DNA from: Hormiphora californensis
Taxonomy: Eukaryota > Animalia > Ctenophora
Direction: 5' to 3'
Assembly: GCA_020137815.1 (NCBI GenBank)
Contig: CM035356.1
Location: 5,332,001-5,396,000, forward strand
DNA: 64,000 nucleotides
Shown: in pieces, positions 37,101 to 49,620 of the stretch
Layout of the letters: each line of letters begins with the position of its first letter
Numbering within the stretch: position 1 is the first letter of the stretch
The notes under the pieces: generated by a model
What the model saw: only the letters and a program-made list of their open reading frames with translations
Databases searched by the model: none
Told to the model about the DNA's origin: nothing
Translations under genes and position numbers: made by a program

Positions 37101-40100
37101 ATCTCAGCTTCCCTACCTGCCATTTACTCCATCTCTCAGCTTCCCTACCTCCCATTTACTCCATCTCTCAGCTTACCTACCTTCCATTTACTCCATCTCT
37201 CAGCTTCCCTACCTCCCATTTACTCCATCCCTCAGCTACCCTACCTCCCATTTGATCCATCTCTCAGCTTCCCTACCTCCCATTTACTCCATTTCTCAGC
37301 TTCCCTACCTCTCATTTACTTACTCCATCTCTCAGCTACCCTACCTCCCATTTACTCCATCTCTCAGCTTCCCCACCTCCCATTTACTCCATTTCTCAGC
37401 TACCCTACCTCCCATTTACTCCATCTCTGAGCTTCCCTACCTCCCATTTACTCCATCCCTCAGCTACCCTACCTCCCATTTGATCCATCTCTCAGCTTCC
37501 CTACCTCCCATTTACTCCATTTCTCAGCTTCCCTACCTCTCATTTACTTACTCCATCTCTCAGCTACCCTACCTCCCATTTATTCCATCTCTCAGCTTCC
37601 CCACCTCCCATTTACTCCATTTCTCAGCTACCCTACCTCCCATTTACTCCATCTCTCAGCTTCCCTACCTCCCATTTACTCCATCCCTCAGCTACCCTAC
37701 CTCCCATTTGATCCATCTCTCAGCTTCCCTACCTCCCATTTACTCCATTTCTCAGCTTCCCTACCTCTCATTTAGTACTCCATCTCTCAGCTTCCCTACC
37801 TCCCATTTACTCCATCTCTCAGCTTCCCTACCTCCCATTTACTCCATCTCTCAGCTACCCTACCTCCCATTTACTCCATCTCTCAGCTTCCCTACCTCCC
37901 ATTTACTCCATCTCTCAGCTACCTTACCTTCCATTTACTCCATCTCTCAGCTTCCCTTCCTCCCATTTACTCCATCTCTCAGCTACCCTACCTCCCATTT
38001 ACTCCATCTCTCAGCTTCCCTACCTCCCATTTACTCCATCTCTCAGCTACCCTACCTCCCATTTACTCCATCTCTCAGCTACCCTACCTCCCATTTACTC
38101 CATCTCTCAGCTTACCTACCTCCCATTTACTCCATCTCTCAGCTTCCCTACCTCCCATTTACTCTATCTCTCAGCTACCCTACCACCCATTTACTCCTAC
38201 CCCTGAGAGATGGAGTAAATGGGAGGTAGGGAAGCTGAGAGATGGAGTAAATGGGAGGTAGGGAAGCTGAGAGATGGAGTAAATGGGAGGTAGGGAAGCT
38301 GAGAGATGGAGTAAATGGGAGGTAGGGAAGGTAAGCGATGGAGTAAATGGGAGGTAGGGAAGCTGAGAGATGGAGTAAATGGGAGGTAGGGTAGCTGAGA
38401 GATGGAGTAAATGGGAGGTAGGGAAGTTGAGAGATGGAGTAAATGGGAGGTAGGGAAGCTGAGGGATGGAGTAAATGGGAGGAAGGGAAGCTGAGAGATG
38501 GAGTAAATGGGAGGTAGGGAAGCTGAGAGATGGAGTAAATGGGTGGTAGGGTAGCCGGTAGCTGAGAGATGGAGTGAATGGGAGGTAGGGTAGCTGAGAG
38601 ATGGAGTAAATGGGAGGCAGGGATGGAGTAAATGGGAGGAAGGGAAGCTGAGAGATGGAGTAAATGGAAGGTAAGGTAGCTGAGAGATGGAGTAAATGGG
38701 AGGTAGGGAAGCTGAGAGATGGAGTAAATGGGAGGTAGGGTAGCTGAGAGATGGAGTAAATGGGAGGAAGGGAAGCTGAGAGATGGAGTAAATGGAAGGT
38801 AAGGTAGCTGAGAGATGGAGTAAATGGGAGGTAGGGAAGCTGAGAGATGGAGTAAATGGGAGGTAGGGTAGCTGAGAGATGGAGTAAATGGGAGGTAGGG
38901 TAGCTGAGAGATGGAGTAAATGGGAGGTAGGGAAGCTGAGAGATGGAGTAAATGGGAGGTAGGGTAGCTGAGAGATGGAGTAAATGGGAGGAAGGGAAGC
39001 TGAGAGATGGAGTAAATGGAAGGTAAGGTAGCTGAGAGATGGAGTAAATGGGAGGTAGGGAAGCTGAGAGATGGAGTAAATGGGAGGTAGGGTAGCTGAG
39101 AGATGGAGTAAATGGGAGGTAGGGAAGCTGAGAGATGGAGTAAATGGGAGGTAGGGAAGCTGAGAGATGGAGTACTAAATGAGAGGTAGGGAAGCTGAGA
39201 AATGGAGTAAATGGGAGGTAGGGTAGCTGAGAGATGGAGTAAATGGGAGGTAGGGTAGCTGAGGGATGGAGTAAATGGGAGGTAGGGAAGCTGAGAGATG
39301 GAGTAAATGGGAGGTAGGGTAGCTGAGAAATGGAGTAAATGGGAGGTAGGGAAGCTGAGAGATGGAGTAAATGGGAGGTAGGGTAGCTGAGAGATGGAGT
39401 AAGTAAATGAGAGGTAGGGAAGCTGAGAAATGGAGTAAATGGGAGGTAGGGAAGCTGAGAGATGGATCAAATGGGACGTAGGGTAGCTGAGGGATGGAGT
39501 AAATGGGAGGTAGGGAAGCTGAGAGATGGAGTAAATGGAAGGTAGGTAAGCTGAGAGATGGAGTAAATGGGAGGTAGGGTATCTGAGAGATGGAGTAAAT
39601 GGGAGGTAGGGAAGCTGAGAGATGGAGTAAATGGGAGGTAGGGTAGCTGAGAAATGGAGTAAATGGGAGGTAGGGAAGCTGAGAGATGGAGTAAATGGGA
39701 GGTAGGGTAGCTGAGAGATGGAGTAAGTAAATGAGAGGTAGGGAAGCTGAGAAATGGAGTAAATGGGAGGTAGGGAAGCTGAGAGATGGATCAAATGGGA
39801 GGTAGGGTAGCTGAGGGATGGAGTAAATGGGAGGTAGGGAAGCTGAGAGATGGAGTAAATGGAAGGTAGGTAAGCTGAGAGATGGAGTAAATGGGAGGTA
39901 GGGTATCTGAGAGATGGAGTAAATGGCAGGTAGGGAAGCTGAGATATGGAGTAAATGGGAGGTAGGTAAGCTGAGAGATGGAGTAAATGGGAGGTAGGAA
40001 AGCTGAGAGATGGAGTAAATGGCAGGTAGGGAAGCTGAGATATGGAGTAAATGGGAGGTAGGTAAGCTGAGAGATGGAGTAAATGGGAGGTAGGAAAGCT

Positions 40101-43100
40101 GAGAGATGGAGTAAATGGGAGGTAGGGTAGCTGAGAGATGGAGTAAATGGGAGGTAGGGTAGCTGAGAGATGGAGTAGATGAGGAGTAGGGTAGCGGAGA
40201 GATGGACTAGATTAGGGGTAGGGTAGCTTAAGGGTACGCTAACCAAAAATTTTTTTCGAGTGCAGGGAAATCTCTCACCGTAGGGTTGTAGGCCATGCCA
40301 AGGAGACCTCAAATATGCAATTTGAGCTCTCAAGTCGAATTCATATTTTTGCTACAGCTGTTTGAAAAATGAACTGAAAATAAGTTTTTGGCATCTCAAA
40401 AAATTTTTTCAAAGATAGGAGCATTAAAATTTGGGGATTTGAAGAGGACATGAAGGTGAATAACCACAAAAATTTTTTTTGCAATCCGAGCTGATTTCCG
40501 GTCCTGATATGGATTTCTTTTTTTCCACTTTAACGCCCTATTTGGCAAAGTTCCGAAAACATGTGAAAGCTGTAAATTGGTGAAAAGTTGCGTCTAACGA
40601 TTATCTAAGTGGCCATAAATTTTGGGCGTGTCCTTATTTGAGATAAGCTGTACAGAATTTTTTTTGTGAAAGCCGTCATTTCAGAAATAAATAAATTCCC
40701 TGTATCTCAAAAACGGCTGATCGTAGAGACCTGAGACTATGCTTAAACGATTCAGAAGGTCCGATTTTGGGGGGGGGGTCTTCTGAGAGACATTTTGCTC
40801 CTACTTCAACCGTTTTTGCTGTAATTGCGAAAAACAAATTCTATGAAAAGGGCAAAAGCTAAACTCCAATATCCTGTAATTAGGGAATTTTAGCTAAGAA
40901 AGGACCGAAACTATGGAAAAATGTTTAACAAGCTAATTCCTTCACTATTTGGTCCATATGGGTCCCTATAATAATCAAAAACAAAATCACAAAAAATCCA
41001 CGATGGCGAAGATGGGTTATTGTTTTTCGCAATTACAGCAAAAACGGTTGAAGTAGGAGCAAAATGTCTCTCAGAAGACCCCCCCAAAATCGGACCTTCT
41101 GAATCGTTTAAGCATAGTCTCAGGTCTCTACGATCAGCCGTTTTTGAGATACAGGGAATTTATTTATTTCTGAAATGACGGCTTTCACAAAAAAAAACTC
41201 CGTACAGCTTATCTCAAATAAGGACACGCCCAAAATTTATGGCCACTTAGATAATTGTTAGACGCAACTTTTCACCAATTTACAGCTTTCACATGTTTTC
41301 GGAACTTTGCCAAATAGGGCGTTAAAGTGGAAAAAAAGAAATCCATCTCAGGACCGGAAATCAGCTCGGATTGCAAAAAAATTTTTTGTGGTTATTCACC
41401 TTCATGTCCTCTTCAAATCCCTAAATTTTCATGCTTCTATCTTTAAAAATTTTTTTTGAGGTGCCAAAAACGTATTTACAGGACATTTTTTATACAGCTG
41501 TAGCAAAAATATGAATTCGACTTGAGAGCTCAAATTGCATATTTGAGGTCTCCTTGGCATGGCCTACAACCCTACGGTGAGAGATTTCCCTGCACTCGAA
41601 AAAAAATTTTGGTTAGCGTACCCTTAAAGATGGAGTTGATGAGGGCTAGGGAAGCATAGAGATGGAAACGATTATGGATAGGGATTGCCTACCCCTAATC
41701 GTTTCCATCTCTATGCTTCCCTAATAGGGAAGCTGAGAGATGGAGTAGATGAGGAGTAGGGTAGCTGAGAGATAGACTAGATAAGGGGTAGGGTAGCTGA
41801 AAGATAGAGTAGATGAGGGGTAGGGTAGCTGAAAAATTGAGTAGATGAGGGGTAGGGTAGCTGAGAGATCGAGTTGATGAGGGGTAGGATAGCTGAGAGA
41901 TGGAGTAGATCAAGATCAAGAAATATTTGATTCGGCACCGACCCTCTCTCTACTCCTCGATGTTTCCCGCCATGTTCTGCAGCTGCTGTGTGAGAGTTGA
42001 ACGCGAGCGCGTCAATAACATGACACGACATGCAACACGACATGCAACACGACATGCGAGATGCGAATTTCATTATTTTGAAGTTTTGTGGGGTTGCGAT
42101 TTTTGTTTTAGGTCGGAGAGTGAAACGGCCGGTACAGTGGTAAACTAGATTAAAAACTGTACGCCTCATTAGACGGCGATTTTTCCTATCTTGTCTGGTT
42201 CCTGAGATATGGCCCCCTAAAGAGTTGGTGTCTCAAACTGCTGAATCGGGGTCACGCGAGGAAAATGGGCATCAGTTTGCGTGTACTGCTCCGTTTTTCA
42301 CGGGACTTGAACGAGGGTGACGGCAAGAGTCTCACCTATTACATGGTATCCTTACATTGTGTATTAAATCTAAAATGACTGAGCAGCATGCTTGTTAATG
42401 AACCTTGACGTGTTTGCTTGTCTCGCAAGCGCGCTCGCGACTAGCAAACACGACATGCAGTTCACACCCTGTTATAGGGACCCATATGGACCAAATAGTG
42501 AAGGAATTAGCTTGTTACACATTTTTCCATAGTTTCGGTCCTTTCTTAGCCAAAATTCCCTAATTACAGGATATTGGAGTTTAGCTTTTGCCCTTTTCAT
42601 AGAATTGGTTTTTCGCAATTACAGCAAAAACGGTTGAAGTAGGAGCAAAATGTCTCTCAGAAGACCCCCCCAAAATCGGACCTTCTGAATCGTTTAAGCA
42701 TAGTCTCAGGTCTCTACGATCAGCCGTTTTTGAGATACAGGGAATTTATTTATTTCTGAAATGACGGCTTTCACAAAAAAAACTCTGTACAGCTTATCTC
42801 AAATAAGGACACGCCCAAAATTTATGGCCACTTAGATAATCGTTAGACGCAACTTTTCACCAATTTACAGCTTTCACATGTTTTCGGAACTTTGCCAAAT
42901 AGGGCGTTAAAGTGGAAAAAAAGAAATCCATCTCAGGACCGGAAATCAGCTCGGATTGCAAAAAAAAATTTTGTGGTTATTTACCTTCATGTCCTCTTCA
43001 AATCCACAAATTTTTATGATCCTATCTTTACAAATGTATTTTTAAGATGCCAAAAACTTATTTTCAGTTCATTTTTCAAGCAGCTGTAGCAAAAATATGA

Positions 43101-46100
43101 ATTCGACTTGAGAGCTCAAATTGCATATTTGAGGTCTCCTTGGCATGGCCTACAACCATACGGTGAGAGATTTCCCTGCACTCGAAAAAAATTTTTGGTT
43201 AGCGTACCCTTAACACGTGTATAATAGTTGCACTTGTATAATATTAATATTTGCACATGTAGTTGCACATAGATCGGAGAATGGAACATGTCAGGTTGAG
43301 GTGCCCTTCCTTTACTCTAACACCCCACTCCTCCCCCACACCCCAGATCAGAGAATGGAACATGTCAGGTTGAGGTGCCCTTCCTTCACTCTAACACCCC
43401 ACTCCTCCCCCACACCCCAGATCAGAGAATGGAACATGTCAGGTTGAGGTGCCCTTCCTTTACTCTAACACCCCACTCCTCCCCCACACCCCAGATCAGA
43501 GAATGGAACATGTCAGGTTGAGGTGCCCTTCCTTTACTCTAACACCCCACTCCTCCCCCACACCCCAGATCAGAGAATGGAACATGTCAGGTTGAGGTGC
43601 CCTTCCTTCACTCTAACACCCCACTCCTCCCCCACACCCCAGATCAGAGAATGGAACATGTCAGGTTGAGGTGCCCTTCCTTTACTCTAACACCCCACTC
43701 CTCCCCCACACCCCAGATCAGAGAATGGAACATGTCAGGTTGAGGTGCCCTTCCTTTACTCTAACACCCCACTCCTCCCCCACACCCCAGATCAGAGAAT
43801 GGAACATGTCAGGTTGAGGTGCCCTTCCTTTACTCTAACACCCCACTCCTCCCCCACACCCCAGATCAGAGAATGGAACATGTCAGGTTGAGGTGCCCTT
43901 CCTTTACTCTAACACCCCACTCCTCCCCCACACCCCAGATCAGAGAATGGAACATGTCAGGTTGAGGTGCCCTTCCTTTACTCTAACACCCCACTCCTCC
44001 CCCACACCCCAGATCAGAGAATGGAACATGTCAGGTTGAGGTGCCCTTCCTTTACTCTAACACCCCACTCCTCCCCCACACCCCAGATCAGAGAATGGAA
44101 CATGTCAGGTTGAGGTGCCCTTCCTTTACTCTAACACCCCACTCCTCCCCCACACCCCAGATCAGAGAATGGAACATGTCAGGTTGAGGTGCCCTTCCTT
44201 TACTCTAACACCCCACTCCTCCCCCACACCCCAGATCAGAGAATGGAACATGTCAGGTTGAGGTGCCCTTCCTTTACTCTAACACCCCACTCCTCCCCCA
44301 CACCCCAGATCAGAGAATGGAACATGTCAGATTGAGGTGCCCTTCCTTTACTCTAACACCCCACTCCTCCCCCACACCCCAGATCGGAGAATGGAACATG
44401 TCAGGTTGAGGTGCCCTTCCTTTACTCTAACACCCCACTCCTCCCCCACACCCCAGATCAGAGAATGGAACATGTCAGGTTGAGGTGCCCTTCCTTTACT
44501 CTAACACCCCACTCCTCCCCCACACCCCAGATCAGAGAATGGAACATGTCAGGTTGAGGTGCCCTTCCTTTACTCTAACACCCCACTCCTCCCCCACACC
44601 CCAGATCAGAGAATGGAACATGTCAGGTTGAGGTGCCCTTCCTTTACTCTAACACCCCACTCCTCCCCCACACCCCAGATCAGAGAATGGAACATGTCAG
44701 GTTGAGGTGCCCTTCCTTTACTCTAACACCCCACTCCTCCCCCACACCCCAGATCAGAGAATGGAACATGTCAGGTTGAGGTGCCCTTCCTTTACTCTAA
44801 CACCCCACTCCTCCCCCACACCCCAGATCAGAGAATGGAACATGTCAGGTTGAGGTGCCCTTCCTTTACTCTAACACCCCACTCCTCCCCCACACCCCAG
44901 ATCAGAGAATGGAACATGTCAGGTTGAGGTGCCCTTCCTTTACTCTAACACCCCACTCCTCCCCCACACCCCAGATCAGAGAATGGAACATGTCAGGTTG
45001 AGGTGCCCTTCCTTTACTCTAACACCCCACTCCTCCCCCACACCCCAGATCAGAGAATGGAACATGTCAGGTTGAGGTGCCCTTCCTTTACTCTAACACC
45101 CCACTCCTCCCCCACACCCCAGATCAGAGAATGGAACATGTCAGGTTGAGGTGCCCTTCCTTTACTCTAACACCCCACTCCTCCCCCACACCCCAGATCA
45201 GAGAATGGAACATGTCAGGTTGAGGTGCCCTTCCTTTACTCTAACACCCCACTCCTCCCCCACACCCCAGATCAGAGAATGGAACATGTCAGGTTGAGGT
45301 GCCCTTCCTTTACTCTAACACCCCACTCCTCCCCCACACCCCAGATCAGAGAATGGAACATGTCAGGTTGAGGTGCCCTTCCTTTACTCTAACACCCCAC
45401 TCCTCCCCCACACCCCAGATCAAAGAATGGAACATGTCAGGTTGAGGTGCCCTTCCTTTACTCTAACACCCCACTCCTCCCCCACACCCCAGATCGGAGA
45501 ATGGAACATGTCAGGTTGAGGTGCCCTTCCTTCACTCAGTGTGTTTCGTGTTCCGAACCAAATGTTGCGTGACCTGTTTGGAGGCAGACAACCACGGAGA
45601 GGGAGGTGGGGAACCGAAATGTAGGGAGCATGAAACTGATATCCAAGTGGATTATAGTCCGCATAGTAAACGGGACGCTAGCGCCAAGGTAAGAAACTCC
45701 TCCTTGTTTTGTTCTGTCTTGCTTTAGTTGTTGCCGGAGAAGCAAACTAAACCTACAGTGGGTAGAGCTCAGACTGTCTAAAGCTGTTCGATCAGTTTTC
45801 TTAATTTGTATATTTGTATTTCAATTCATTCATTTGTATGCTGCAGTTTTTCGGTGCAAGCCGTAAAGCGCTGTGTTTGAACTGTGTCATGTGCGTGTAA
45901 GGGTACCATATATATCGAGGCCTGAGTGGGGTGACATGTAGGTAAATTAACAATTAACGCACATCGACCATGATACAGGGAGGCATCCCTTTCCACTGTA
46001 GTTGTCAGGGGGGGCATCCCTTTCCACTGTAGTTGTTGTTGGTAAATTAAACCATAGTCCCGGGGCACTGTGTGTGTGATGTTGTGTGATATAATATAGT

Positions 46101-46424
46101 TTGGTTAGTTGGCACAAAACCAAATTCTGTGTGATTTAATATATCACGTTTTAAAACTCTTCCCCACAGCCGGTTCAAGTTAAGGGCCTGTTCCGGGAGC
46201 TAGCAGTTCAAACAGAACTGGGCAGCCAATCTATTACACTGAAAGCAGCGTATCGAGAAAAGAAGCCAAAAGGTGAGAGAGTCATGATCACTTTTATATA
46301 TTCTCTACCCTTCTCTCCCGCACCTCGTCTATTATAGCCCTCTCTGCTCTATTCATTGTGCACCAGATGGTAGATGCATTGTAATGCATTCTCTCTTTCT
46401 CTATCTCTCTCAGCTCTTTAGGGA

Positions 46425-46510
<86 letters not shown>

Positions 46511-47969
46511 GCTCTTTAGAGACTTTCTCTCTCTATTGCACATGTGCAGGGGTCTGTTTTTCTTCTAATCTTTGATCTCTATTCTCTTTTCTAATCTCTC
46601 TATTGCAGGGGTCTGTTTCTCTTTTCTAATCTCTATTGCAGGGGTCTGTTTCTCTTTTCTAATCTCTATTGCAGGGGTCTGTTTCTCTTTTCTAATCTCT
46701 CTCTATTGCAGGGGTCTGTTTCTCTTTTCTAATCTCTATTGCAGGGGTCTGTTTCTCTTTTCTAATCTCTCTATTGCAGGGGTCTGTTTCTCTTTTCTAA
46801 TCTCTTTATTGCAGGGGTCTGTTTCTCTTTTCTAATCTCTATTGCAGGGGTCTGTTTCTCTTTTCTAATCTCTTTATTGCAGGGGTCTGTTTCTCTTTTC
46901 TAATCTCTATTGCAGGGGTCTGTTTCTCTTTTCTAATCTCTCTATTGCAGGGGTCTGTTTCTCTTTTCTAATCTCTATTGCAGGGGTCTGTTTCTCTTTT
47001 CTAATCTCTATTGCAGGGGTCTGTTTCTCTTTTCTAATCTCTCTATTGCAGGGGTCTGTTTCTCTTTTCTAATCTCTCTATTGCAGGGGTCTGTTTCTCT
47101 TTTCTAATCTCTCTTTATTGCAGGGGTCTGTTTCTCTTTTCTAATCTCTCTCTATTGCAGGGGTCTGTTTCTCTTTTCTAATCTCTCTTTATTGCAGGGG
47201 TCTGTTTCTCTTTTCTAATCTCTATTGCAGGGGTCTGTTTCTCTTTTCTAATCTCTCTCTATTGCAGGGGTCTGTTTCTCTTTTCAAATCTCTCTATTGC
47301 AGGGGTCGGTTTCTCTTTTCAAATCTCTCTATTGCAGGGGTCTGTTTCTCTTTTCAAATCTCTCTATTGCAGGTTTGCCACGGTTGAAAAAGCAGCATAG
47401 CGATGTACCTACAATAAATATCAAAGTCAGCAGTTTCAACTGCATGCTACGGTCCAATAACTCTGCTATTACTTGCTCAGGTAGTTAATTATTAATTAAT
47501 TATTAATCAGATGTTAATAATATTTCATGGTGTCCTGTATGCTGCAAGTCCACCATATATTGTAGGTAAATTGTAGTATTTACTGTTCACTACTAAAACA
47601 ATACAGTTGTTCATTGGTATTCATATGAGAATGAGTTTAATCCTGTCTAGAAACAGTGTCTCTTTACCCCAATGTAGACCTGCAAGTGTAAGTTTGTTAG
47701 ATCACCGGGCGTAGTTCAAATTCATTACATTTCTCACTTGCACGTATACGTCATACATATATCTCAAATACAGGTCATCTCTTAGAATAAATCTAACCCT
47801 CCTCCCCTCCCCTGTAGTTAAAATAGACGGGGTAGAACATCGAAACGTCCAATCGCTCTACGTCTCTCCTGTGTGGGCTCAGAACCTCAACTCTATTTCC
47901 CTACTAAAATGTTTCCCTTCCCTTGGCGTTGGGCCAGGAGTCTCCTCAGCGGGGGGAATTCTATGCTGA
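13108..47969 (+). CDS. PACS1: Phosphofurin acidic cluster sorting protein (PACS1/PACS2 co-orthologue), 17 coding exons
   Basis: Phase-consistent exons: 13108-13190, 13363-13456, 13812-13895, 14083-14208, 15332-15423, 15523-15607, 15838-15956, 16273-16374, 27667-27934, 28630-28755, 29841-29944, 30240-30391, 30874-31045, 45493-45688, 46170-46272, 47373-47480, 47818-47969. Motifs [72 protein letters not shown]...KRDASAK and KIDGVE match PACS in order. Confidence 0.93.
13442..13623 (+). repeat. 20-bp tandem repeat = last 15 nt of PACS exon 2 plus GTAAG donor (9 copies)
   Basis: TCAATTAGTAAC(G/T)GG|GTAAG x9; the functional donor is at 13457. Confidence 0.9.
14283..14933. mobile_element. Hairpin-rich non-coding element with 12-bp terminal direct repeats
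   Basis: TATAAGTTGTAC occurs at both ends. Repeated CTTATAACAC...GTGTTATAAG stems and CGAGCCTGCGAG motifs lie inside. Confidence 0.4.
16481..27682 (+). repeat. 11-kb 34-bp minisatellite = PACS intron 8 acceptor plus start of exon 9 (~330 copies)
   Basis: The unit is CCGATACTCGGGTACC-TAACTCTGTCCCCCACAG. The last copy runs into exon 9 at 27667, and the 5'-most copies are degenerate. Confidence 0.97.
27908..28013 (+). repeat. ~30-bp repeat of the PACS exon 9 end plus donor (3 copies)
   Basis: GAGAGTGG(A/C)GGATC(G/A)TTCGAG|GT(A/G)AGT with donors at 27935, 27965 and about 28002. Confidence 0.85.
30515..30890 (+). repeat. 31-bp tandem repeat of the PACS exon 13 acceptor (10 AG|ATGCTGAT copies)
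   Basis: ATGCTGATTATAACCCCCTTTTCTGTTACAG x9 from 30593; the exon starts at 30874. Confidence 0.92.
31481..33256. repeat. 18-bp minisatellite GGTGTGAAAATGAGGTCG (~98 copies)
   Basis: The periodicity is direct and produces the spurious CENEVG, SGVKMR and TSFSHP ORFs. Confidence 0.97.
33360..34485 (-). CDS. Secreted protein: signal peptide, ~145-aa uncharacterised domain and a sushi/CCP domain; nested antisense in PACS intron 13; 3' end not found
   Basis: Phase-1 exons: 34428-34485 ([19 protein letters not shown]), 33842-34273 (DWTAVER...[14 protein letters not shown]...DTASDFYRA) and 33360-33539 (CP...ATIEC...[22 protein letters not shown], a CCP pattern). Confidence 0.8.
36035..42471. mobile_element. 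Foldback-type element: ~560-bp TIRs plus inverted 32-bp satellite arrays, 5-bp TSD (TTATA)
   Basis: CAGGGTGTGAACTG...CAGTTCACACCCTG is flanked by TTATA (36030-36034, 42472-42476). The CTCCATCTCTCAGCTACCCTACCTCCCATTTA array switches strand at about 38200. Confidence 0.85.
40232..41623. mobile_element. Complete 1.39-kb copy of the same TTAA element inserted in the foldback satellite
   Basis: TTAA occurs at 40228-40231 and 41624-41627, and the termini are identical to those of the outer copy. Confidence 0.9.
43271..45535 (+). repeat. 74-bp minisatellite = start of PACS exon 14 plus branch/pyrimidine tract/CAG (30 full units plus the final exon copy)
   Basis: ATCAGAGAATGGAACATGTCAGGTTGAGGTGCCCTTCCTTTACTCTAACACCCCACTCCTCCCCCACACCCCAG; 45493-43273 = 2220 = 30 x 74. 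Confidence 0.96.
46545..47373 (+). repeat. 33-37-bp tandem repeat of the PACS exon 16 acceptor (~23 copies)
   Basis: GGGTCTGTTTCTCTTTTCTAATCTCTCTATTGCAG units; the last TTGCAG precedes exon 16 at 47373. Confidence 0.92.
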
Positions 47970-48015
47970 TTCAACAATATTATACTTTGTGATTGAGGGA
48001 GAGGGAGGGAGACAG

Positions 48016-48046
<31 letters not shown>

Positions 48047-49581
48047 GAGAAAGAGAGAGAAAGAGAGATTATACAAGCATGCTGGGGCAGCTGCAGTCAG
48101 GGGTCTGCGGGACTTAACTAAGGGACTTAACTAACTATTTATACCCATTCTCACCATTATTTACACTAAACTGTATACTGCGTATATGTATATCTTTTGA
48201 TTATTAAAGAGACTGTCTGTGTGCTAATTTGTGTCCGTGTTCTTTATATCTTGTGTGAGATTTTCCCCGATTTCTTCTACTAAAATGTGCACCGGAATCT
48301 TACTTTGTTTCAGCTCACACACACGGGCGGCGCTAATTCATATCCCACATGTGCGTGGGCCGCGGGGTCTCCGGTGCAGGATGCTGCGCGCGCACCCACC
48401 ACAATCGCGCGGGGTTTAGGGCTGCCCGGAATTGTGGTATGTGAGCCCTTCCAGTGCAGCTGTCAGCCTGACAGTGTCCATGTCAGGCCAACGCTCTGAC
48501 AGTTCCAGTGTTGTGTGTCGGAATCCAGATGTGTGAACCTGTTCCACAGTACCGGTAGGATAAATAGGCTCCGACATTAGTTGGGAGTTGTATAACTTGG
48601 GAGATGTGAGGACAGTACATTTGAGAGTTTAGTTCCGGTACGATTCAGATAACCTTACAGACAGGTTCCAAGCCTTACAACTGTAAGAAACATCGGTGCT
48701 CCGTCATATAATTGTCTACCCGCATGATGGTGAAGCAATGCTCACGACACGGTCCGGTAACATTGATTGTTTTTTAAACGCAATATAAAAAGCAGTCAAT
48801 GTTAGCGGACTGAAGTCCTATGCACCGTTATTCGGCCGGAACACTACCCCGATTCCACCTGCAGTAGTTCCAGCACACACAACCGGTACAGTCTGACCGG
48901 ATGTACGGCGCGGCGGGAACAAGTCACGTGACACCTGACTGACAGTGCCCCACTTTCAACATGATGCGCGCCCAAAATGGCCTACTTTTCGGCCGCGCGC
49001 TGAGTGAGAGGGTTATTTTAAATCGCTGGTAAATCTAATTTAATTCAACAGCGGCTTCCATCACACCGCTGTACCAGTGGTTAGGCTTTTAGGTTCCATA
49101 CATCCCAACAACTACATAATATTAGTTTGGAAACAAAGCAACATCCCTATTCCCTTAAATACGGTCTCTTCGGTGTATGATCTATCACAATGACGTAAAA
49201 GCTTATTACGCTGTTCCTCCTCCCCCTCTCCTCTCTCAGCTTCTTGTTACTTACTACCCCTATCTCATTCAATATAAGGTGTATGAGTGTATAATGTGTT
49301 GCAAGGCACCATTAATTATGTTGCTATGGGCAATTCAGAGGGAGGGGGGACAAGAGATATAAACTTGGTAACACGACATGATACAATTATAGGATAACAG
49401 GTTCCTATCAAACAATCAAAACTTAAAAACAACAAACAAACAACTTACTAAGAGACTAACAAATAGGCCAACAAACAAACAAACAAGATGTATCGAGTAT
49501 CAGAGTGCTAGTAGCATGTTGTGGGGATGTTGTGTGGGTGTACCGTTACATACTGTACACTCTCCTGTAGAGAGAGAGGGA

Positions 49582-49620
<39 letters not shown>

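Larger units (their letters stand above)
35378..43209. mobile_element. TTAA-flanked non-autonomous DNA transposon (Kolobok-like GG...CC ends, ~600-bp TIRs), outer copy interrupted by a foldback element
   Basis: TTAA|GGGTACGCTAACC...GGTTAGCGTACCC|TTAA. Removing 36035-42476 restores a copy similar to the inner element. Confidence 0.85.

Noticed and set aside
37252-40333. 325-, 539- and 180-aa ORFs
   Set aside because: They are translations of the 32-bp foldback satellite and carry no transposase motifs.
36337-42169. Duplicated 130-aa ORFs on opposite strands
   Set aside because: They lie in TIRs, have no recognisable domain, and are identical only because of the inverted repeat.
48500-49020. 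Telomerase RNA, snoRNA or long-range nested helices
   Set aside because: The template-like TAACCCT is only 7 nt, the C/D-like boxes are imperfect, and 6-9-bp complementarities are expected by chance over 500 nt.
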